From NCBI GenBank assembly GCA_009914755.4, contig CP086569.2:1152001-1216000 (forward strand): a DNA stretch of 64,000 nt, written 5' to 3'. How positions within the stretch are numbered: position 1 is the first letter of the stretch; every line of letters starts with the position of its first letter. The DNA comes from the human T2T-CHM13v2.0 reference genome, Homo sapiens. The position numbers and the translations under genes were made by a program. The notes below the pieces were generated by a model. That model saw only the letters and a list, made by a program, of their open reading frames with translations, ran no database searches and was not told where the DNA came from. Shown in pieces: positions 50,230 through 64,000 of this stretch.

Positions 50230-51345
50230 CTAGCAGCTTTATTCACAGTAGCCAAGAGGTGGAGACAGCCCTCGTACCCATCTATAGATGAATGGAAAAA
50301 TATAATGTCCATCCACACAGTGGAATATTACGCAGCCATGAAAAGGAACAAGCAGCTTTATTCACAATAGCCAAGAGGTGGAGACAGCCCTCATACCCAT
50401 CTATAGACGAATGGATAAATATAATGTGGTCCAGCCACACGGTGGAATATTACACAGCCATGAAAAGGAACAAGCAGCTTTATTCACAATAGCCAAGAGG
50501 TGGAGACAGCCCTCATACCCATCTATAGACGAATGGATAAATATAATGTGGTCCAGCCACACAGTGGAATATTACACAGCCATGAAAAGGAACAAGCAGC
50601 TTTATTCACAATAGCCAAGAGGTGGAGACAGCCCTCATACCCATCTATAGATGAATGGAGAAATATAATGTGGTCCAGCCACACAGTGGAATATTATACA
50701 GCCATGAAAAGGAACAAGCAGCTTTATTCACAATAGCCAAGAGGTGGAGACAGCCCTCGTACCCATCTATAGATGAATGGAGAAATATAATGTGGTCCAG
50801 ACACACAGTGGAATATTATACAGCCATGAAAAGGAACAAGCAGCTTTATTCACAATAGCCAAGAGGTGGAGACAGCCCTCATACCCCCATCTATAGATGA
50901 AGGGAGAAATATAATGTCCATCCACACAGTGGAATATTACACAGCCATGAAAAGGAACAAGCAGCTTTATTCACAATAGCCAAGAGGTGGAGACAGCCCT
51001 CATACCCATCTATAGATGAATGGAAAAATATAATGTCCATCCACACAGTGGAATATTACACAGCCATGAAAAGGAACAAGCAGCTTTATTCACAATAGCC
51101 AAGAGGTGGAGACAGCCCTCATACCCCATCTATAGATGAATGGAGAAATATAATGTGGTCCAGCCACACGGTGGAATATTACACAGCCATGAAAAGGAAT
51201 AAGCAGCTTTATTCACACTAGCCAAGAGGTGGAGAGAGTCCTCATACCCATCTATAGATGAATGGAGAAATATAATGTGGTCCAGCCACACGGTGGAATA
51301 TTACACAGCCATGAAAAGGAACGAGGCTCTGCCACAGGTGGCAAT
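50230..51345 (+). repeat. 122-bp tandem array (~9 copies) derived from the 3' coding end of an old L1 ORF2 (sense orientation)
   Basis: Unit AGCAGCTTTATTCACAATAGCCAAGAGGTGGAGACAGCCCTCATACCCATCTATAGACGAATGGATAAATATAATGTGGTCCAGCCACACGGTGGAATATTACACAGCCATGAAAAGGAACA. Its translation ...AALFTIAKRWRQPSYPSIDEWINIMWSSHTVEYYTAMKRNKQ... parallels L1 ORF2p ...AALFTIAKTWNQPKCPTMIDWIKKMWHIYTMEYYAAIKNDEF... Copies start at ~50292, 50414, 50536, 50658, 50780, 50905, 51027, 51150 and 51272. Confidence 0.9.
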
Positions 51346-51558
51346 GTGGGTGAATGCTGAGGACATCATGCTTCCTGAGAGAGGCCAGATACAAAAAGAT
51401 ACATAGTGTCTGTATGATTCCATTTATTCCCTATGTCCAGATACAGGCAAATCCACAGAGACAGAAAGTGGATGAGTGGTTGCCACAGGCTGGGGAAGAG
51501 GAAGGACGGGTCTTTAATGGGTCTGGAGTCTCCTTTTGGGGTCGTGACAATGTTCTAG

Positions 51559-51929
<371 letters not shown>

Positions 51930-52277
51930 TAAGAGCACAGATTTCCCAACGTTCTGACTCAGGCATCTTCCTGGACCACAGCCCCTACAGGCAAGTGTGA
52001 CTGTGTGTGGTGAGCCCATGAGCTGAACACAGGCTCTGTCCGAAAGGAGACTCTAGAGATTGCCTGTTGCCTTGGAGGTGGGCTGCGGTCCCTCTGCCCA
52101 GGCAGGAAGGGGCTCCGAGGCCTCTGGAACCTCATTTTACCTTTTCCCTGCTGCCCTCAGTCCCGTCCCCAGCCTCAAGGGGCTCAGCTTTTTCCAGGCT
52201 CACCCCTTCCATTTATAATTTGGAGACAAGCAAGGTCCACTGACGCTAACGCCATTTGGTTCTTTAAAAGATGTTAG

Positions 52278-53460
<1,183 letters not shown>

Positions 53461-53467
53461 ACAAACA

Positions 53468-54077
<610 letters not shown>

Positions 54078-54078
<1 letters not shown>

Positions 54079-54360
54079 GAAAACACACAAACACTTATGT
54101 GTGCACACAGATACACACGGGCACAAAAATGTACACACATGTGCAAGCACACACACACAGACACATGTACACAGTACCCGTGTGTGCACAGGCATGCATG
54201 CAGTCCTGCAAATGTGCAAACAGACATGGCTACATAGAGGCATGCACACATATAGACCCATGTACACACACACGAATATTCGTGCACACATGTAGAAGCA
54301 CACTCTGACTTCTACATGCGCAAAGGCGCATTTGCACACAGACACATATGCACACTCACC
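54078..54360. repeat. Second cryptic CA/CATG-rich simple repeat, ending ~130 bp upstream of IL3RA exon 2
   Basis: cacacaaacacttatgtgtgcacacagatacacacgggcacaaaaatgtacacacatgtgcaagcacacacacacagacacatgtacacag... Confidence 0.85.
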
Positions 54361-54527
54361 ACCGCTTTCCCTCCAGAAGCAGCTCCTTCTGCTGTGAGCA
54401 CCAGGCTCTGGAAGGGGCAAGCGTCCTTCATTACCCGCAACCCAGTTTCACAGCCAGTCCCCGCTGCCTGACTCTCGTTTCTCCTCCAGCAGGCACCTCT
54501 GTCCTGCGTTCCGGAGCTGCGTTCCCG

Positions 54528-54591
54528 ATGGTCCTCCTTTGGCTCACGCTGCTCCTGATCGCCCTGCCCTGTCTCCTGCAAACGAAGGAAG
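54528..54591 (+). CDS. IL3RA: IL3RA first coding exon (exon 2; the exon itself probably begins ~54489): MVLLWLTLLLIALPCLLQTKE(D), the signal peptide
   Basis: Candidate acceptor tcgtttctcctccag|CAGGCACC, ATG at 54528, donor AAGGAAG|gtaagaac. Exact match to the recalled IL-3 receptor alpha N-terminus. Confidence 0.92.
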
Positions 54592-54823
54592 GTAAGAACT
54601 GGAGAAAAGATGCACGTGCCACCTGGGGAGCGGTGGGGGTAGACAGACACACAATGTCAGCGTGCCGTCCTTCAGGGAAACTTTTCATGCTGAGCTTATG
54701 GCAGAGTCTCATGCAGTGGTCGGGAATGACTCAGACACTTCCCTGTACCCGTCACCAAGTTCCCTGTAATGCAGCATCTTGCAAAATGGTAATACGACCT
54801 CACAGGCAGGGACCTGATCGTGA

Positions 54824-55896
<1,073 letters not shown>

Positions 55897-56145
55897 TTAA
55901 GGGATAAATTATCCTTCTAAGTTAGAAGAAAATAATGCCAGAAGTCTAGACATTCTTATGCTTTGGTCCCGCTTATCAAACCAAGGTTGCTGACCTTGAT
56001 AACCACTCAAGATCCTTACAGTTTATAAAGTCATTTCCTTAAGTTTTCTAAGTGGCCGATCAGAGATAAACCCTAGAGAAATAGTTGATGTATGTTTCTA
56101 GCTTTGGGTGACCAGCAAAATGTGATAGAATATTGCCTTTTACTG

Positions 56146-56448
56146 GCCGGGTGCAACGGCTCACGTCTGTAATCCCAGCACTTTGGGAGGCTGAGGCGGG
56201 TGGATCACTTGAGGTCAGGAGTTCAAAACCAGCTTGGCCATCATGGTGAAACCCCGTCTGTACTAAAAATACAAAAAAATTAGCTGGGCGCGGTGCTGTG
56301 CACCTGTAATCCCTGCTACTCAGGAGGCTGAGGCAGGAGAATCACTTGAACCCGGGAGGCGGAGGTTGCCGTGAGCCAAGATCACGCCATTGCACTCCAA
56401 CCTGGGTGACAGAGCGAGGCTCCATCTCAAAAAAAAAAAAAAAAAAAG
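56146..56448 (+). mobile_element. Alu (full) with a 15-bp TSD AGAATATTGCCTTT.AC
   Basis: Left flank tgatAGAATATTGCCTTTTACtggccgggtgcaacgg, right flank aaaaaaaaAGAATATTGCCTTTAACatc. Confidence 0.92.
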
Positions 56449-56534
56449 AATATTGCCTTTAACATCTTTGTACAGGTCATTTATGAAATATCTTGAGCTC
56501 TGTGATGGCTAAGAGAGACCTTCTTTTTCTTTCT

Positions 56535-56852
<318 letters not shown>

Positions 56853-56911
56853 TTGCTTTATGACTTCTACCAGCTCACAGAAGTCTCCTGTCTACATAGA
56901 ACTCCACTTCC

Positions 56912-57217
56912 CAGCCAGGCTCAGTAACTCACGTCTGTGATCCCAGCACTTTGGGAGGCTGAGGCAGGCAGATCATGTGAGGTTGGGAGTTCGAGACCAG
57001 CCTGGCCAACATGGTGAAACCCCATCTCTAGTAAAAATACAAAAATTAGCCGAGTGTGGTGGCAGGCACCTGTTATCCCAGCTGCACAGCAGGCTGACAC
57101 AGGATAATCGCTTGAACCCGGGAGGCGGAGGTTGTAGTGAGCCGAGATCGCGCCACTGAATTCCAGCCTGGGCGACAGAGTGAGACTCCGTCTCAAAACA
57201 AACAAGCAAACAAAAAT

Positions 57218-57218
<1 letters not shown>
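56912..57218 (+). mobile_element. Alu (full)
   Basis: CAGCCAGGCTCAGTAACTCACGTCTGTGATCCCAGCACTTTGGGAGGCTGAGGCAGGCAGATCATGTGAGGTTGGGAGTTCGAGACC...GAGACTCCGTCTCAAAACAAACAAGCAAACAAAAATACC. Confidence 0.9.
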
Positions 57219-58045
<827 letters not shown>

Positions 58046-58081
58046 CGTATCTCTTCTAACTCCAACCTGTCACCGTTTTAG

Positions 58082-58555
<474 letters not shown>

Positions 58556-58799
58556 CAGACTCTCTAATGTTGACGAACAAGACGTTTCCGTCTTCTGCAG
58601 GAATCTCAGAACCAATACTGCTCCCATCGCTGGTGTCATGACTACCTGGTTTCTGCCCCGAAGTCAGGTGTGGGATTTGAAGTGACTTTGGAGCGTCTGG
58701 TTCCCCGTCCGCGGGACATCTAAGATGGCACACACTGGACAGGGTGGATGTGAAAGTGAAATGAGGCTAAGCTATGACTGGTGCGAAACCCAACCCCAC

Positions 58800-59537
<738 letters not shown>

Positions 59538-59931
59538 CTATTTACAAGTCAGTGTCTTATGGGAAAGGAGCACGTTTCCCTGAGAACCTATTTGGTCCCC
59601 TCCAAGAGCTATGTTCGTTCAATACAATTCAAATCACGGCCCTTCATGCGTCTGCTCGGGCCACCATTATAAAATCCTACCCCCAGCTCCAAATACAGTC
59701 CCATTGAACTTTGTGATTTTGGAGAGTAGAGATAAAACAGTCTAGAATCCCAGAGCGATTTTACCATACCATGGCAAACTGACTCTCAACTTTAGAAACA
59801 CAAATGCTGAAAAAAAAAACTAAGGAAATTTTGAAAAAGAAGGTGAATGAAGGAGAACCTGCCTTACCTATATCAAAAGGCACTGAAAAGTTCATACCCA
59901 ATGTGCGGATTGCTATAAGAATACACAAGTA

Positions 59932-60242
59932 GGCCGGGCGCGGTGGCTCACGCCTGTCATCCCAGCACTTTGGAGGCCGAGGCGGGAGGATCACGAGGTC
60001 AGGAGATCGAGACCATCCCGGCTAACACGGTGAAACCCCGTCACTACTAAAAATATAAAAAATTAGCCGGGCGTGGTGGCTGGTGCCTGTAGTCCCAGCT
60101 ACTCGGGAGGCTGAGGCAGGGGAATGGCTTGAACCTGGGAGGCAGAAGCTTGCAGTGAGCCGAGATCGCGCCACTGCACTCCAGCCTGGGCGACAGAGCG
60201 AGACTCTGTCTCAAAAAAACAAAAACAAAAGCAAACAAAACG
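59932..60242 (+). mobile_element. Alu (full)
   Basis: GGCCGGGCGCGGTGGCTCACGCCTGTCATCCCAGCACTTTGGAGGCCGAGGCGGGAGGATCACGAGGTCAGGAGATCGAGACCATCCCGGC... followed by an (AAAAC)n tail. Confidence 0.9.
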
Positions 60243-60272
60243 AAGAATATACAAGTAGATTAATGAAATGTG

Positions 60273-60450
60273 GCCGGGTGCGGTGGTGAGGCAGGAGAAT
60301 TGCTTGAACCCGAGAGGTGGAGGTTGCAGTGAGCTGAGATCGCACCACTGAAGTCTAGCCTGGGCAAGCGGAGTGAGGCCCTGTCTTAACAAAAAAACAA
60401 AGAAACAAAAAACAAACAAACAAGAAAAAAACAAAGCAAAACAAACAGAA
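60273..60450 (+). mobile_element. Alu with a large internal deletion (5' start joined to the right-arm end)
   Basis: GGCCGGGTGCGGTGGTGAGGCAGGAGAATTGCTTGAACCCGAGAGGTGGAGGTTGCAGTGAGCTGAGATCGCACCACTGAAGTCTAGCCTGGGCAAGCGGAGTGAGGCCCTGTCTTAACAAAAAAAC... Confidence 0.8.
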
Positions 60451-60524
60451 AAGTATTTCACTAATATTTACTGCTAAGTGGGATTATTTTTATTCAAGCT
60501 TTTGTATCTTTAGAAAAAAATTGT

Positions 60525-61130
<606 letters not shown>

Positions 61131-61199
61131 TCTGAACATCATTAGCGTCAAATTAAGCATGGTCTCTCAGCAGCCATCATAGTCCTATGTCTCTCTTAG

Positions 61200-61314
61200 G
61201 CAGTGAACAATAGCTATTGCCAGTTTGGAGCAATTTCCTTATGTGAAGTGACCAACTACACCGTCCGAGTGGCCAACCCACCATTCTCCACGTGGATCCT
61301 CTTCCCTGAGAACA
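61200..61314 (+). CDS. IL3RA: IL3RA coding exon 4: AVNNSYCQFGAISLCEVTNYTVRVANPPFSTWILFPEN(S)
   Basis: Acceptor ctatgtctctcttag|GCAGTGAAC and donor GAGAACA|gtgagaaaaatg. The exon ends in phase 1, so the downstream exon must begin GT or GC to complete Ser-Gly. Exact match to recalled IL3RA ...YSMPAVNNSYCQFGAISLCEVTNYTVRVANPPFSTWILFPENSGKPW... Confidence 0.9.
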
Positions 61315-61344
61315 GTGAGAAAAATGTTCATTGTTTGTTTATTC

Positions 61345-61413
61345 TCTATTCCCTCCCTCCTTCCCTCTCTCCCTCCCTCTCGCCTTCGCTGTGTCTTTTT
61401 TCTTTTCTTTTTC

Positions 61414-61452
<39 letters not shown>

Positions 61453-61798
61453 CTTTCTTTCTTTCTGTTTCTTTCTGTTTCTTTCTTCCTTTCTTTTTCT
61501 CTTTCTTTCTTTCCTTCTTTCCTCTCTTTCTTTTCTTTCTCTTTCCCTCCCTCCCTTCTTTCTTTTCTTCACTTCCTTCCCTCCCTCCTTCTCTCCTTTT
61601 CCTCCCTCCTCCTTCCCACCCTACTTCCTCTCTCTCCTTCCTTCCCTTTCGTTTCTTTCTTTTCCTCCCTGCCTCACTCCCTTCCTTCCTTCTCTCCCTC
61701 CTCTTTTCCTTCCTTCTTCCCTCCTTCCCTTTCTCTCTCTCTCTCTTTCTCTCTTTCCCCCTCCCCTCCCTTCCCCTCCTCTCCCCTCTCCTTTCCTG
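61345..61798. repeat. ~450-bp polypyrimidine (CTTT/CCTT/CTCC)n tract on +, immediately downstream of IL3RA exon 4
   Basis: ccctccctccttccctctctccctccctctcgccttcgctgtgtcttttttcttttctttttctctttctttctttctttc... Multiple overlapping F/L/S/P and K/E/R ORFs are artefacts. Confidence 0.95.
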
Positions 61799-61799
61799 A

Positions 61800-62382
<583 letters not shown>

Positions 62383-62406
62383 CTTCTTTGTTTTTGAATT
62401 AATTAG

Positions 62407-62722
<316 letters not shown>

Positions 62723-62851
62723 CAATTTAATTATTTTTAAGTTTAATGGATTTCCAGGGAGTTATGCCGAGTCGGAAAAAAAAGACCACTCCAGAGCGTG
62801 ACACACACAGTGATTTCATTAATACAACTGTCTTGAAATGGCAAAATTTTA

Positions 62852-64000
<1,149 letters not shown>

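Noticed and set aside
50292-50858. Stack of 66-78-aa ORFs METALIPIYRRMDKYNVVQPH...EYYTAMKRNKQLYSQ
   Set aside because: Frame-shifting translations of the 122-bp L1-ORF2-derived tandem repeat. They are not independent genes, and the L1 homology is a decayed fragment.

Overview
This window is human (primate) genomic DNA. About half of it is Alu SINEs: roughly 100 full or partial copies in both orientations, many with readable target-site duplications (TSDs). There is also one 5'-truncated L1 3' end and several minisatellites, VNTRs and microsatellites. On that background sit short GT-AG-bounded coding exons. Their translations match, essentially residue for residue, two paralogous class-I cytokine receptor alpha chains that lie head-to-tail on the + strand. 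The first seven exons are the C-terminal part of CSF2RA (GM-CSF receptor alpha), running from ...[11 protein letters not shown]... through the WSSWS exon, the TM exon, the Box1 exon and the stop codon at 21720-21722. About 27.8 kb of Alu-dense intergenic DNA follows. After that comes a TATA/CCAAT/GC-box promoter with a non-coding first exon near 49.55-49.69 kb, then the first three coding exons of IL3RA (IL-3 receptor alpha, CD123): MVLLWLTLLLIALPCLLQTKE / [40 protein letters not shown] / AVNNSYCQFGAISLCEVTNYTVRVANPPFSTWILFPEN. The CSF2RA-then-IL3RA arrangement, the 27.8-kb spacing and the extreme minisatellite and tandem-duplication content all fit the Xp22.33/Yp11 pseudoautosomal region 1 (PAR1). 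I found no evidence of a novel gene system. All long ORFs in the supplied track (1057 aa, 536 aa, 417 aa, 318 aa, 256 aa and others) are frame-preserving artefacts of tandem repeats or Alu read-through. The parts worth a second look are structural. (1) A 303-bp higher-order minisatellite in a CSF2RA intron carries three copies of a hairpin that matches my recollection of hsa-mir-3690. (2) A 3.17-kb, 57-bp-unit VNTR stays open-reading for 1057 codons. (3) Many Alu-containing units have been amplified by tandem duplication rather than retrotransposition, some as inverted copies. (4) A head-to-head inverted Alu pair in IL3RA intron 2 has a central deletion. (5) IL3RA intron 1 holds a 122-bp tandem array derived from the C-terminal coding end of an old L1 ORF2. 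(6) A 40-bp minisatellite has flanking segmental duplicates, and two inverted units of it sit inside an Alu between direct repeats. (7) There are long G-rich (GGGGAG)n and polypurine/polypyrimidine tracts. All coordinates come from manual reading and are approximate, within about 5 bp for exons and 10-20 bp for repeats.
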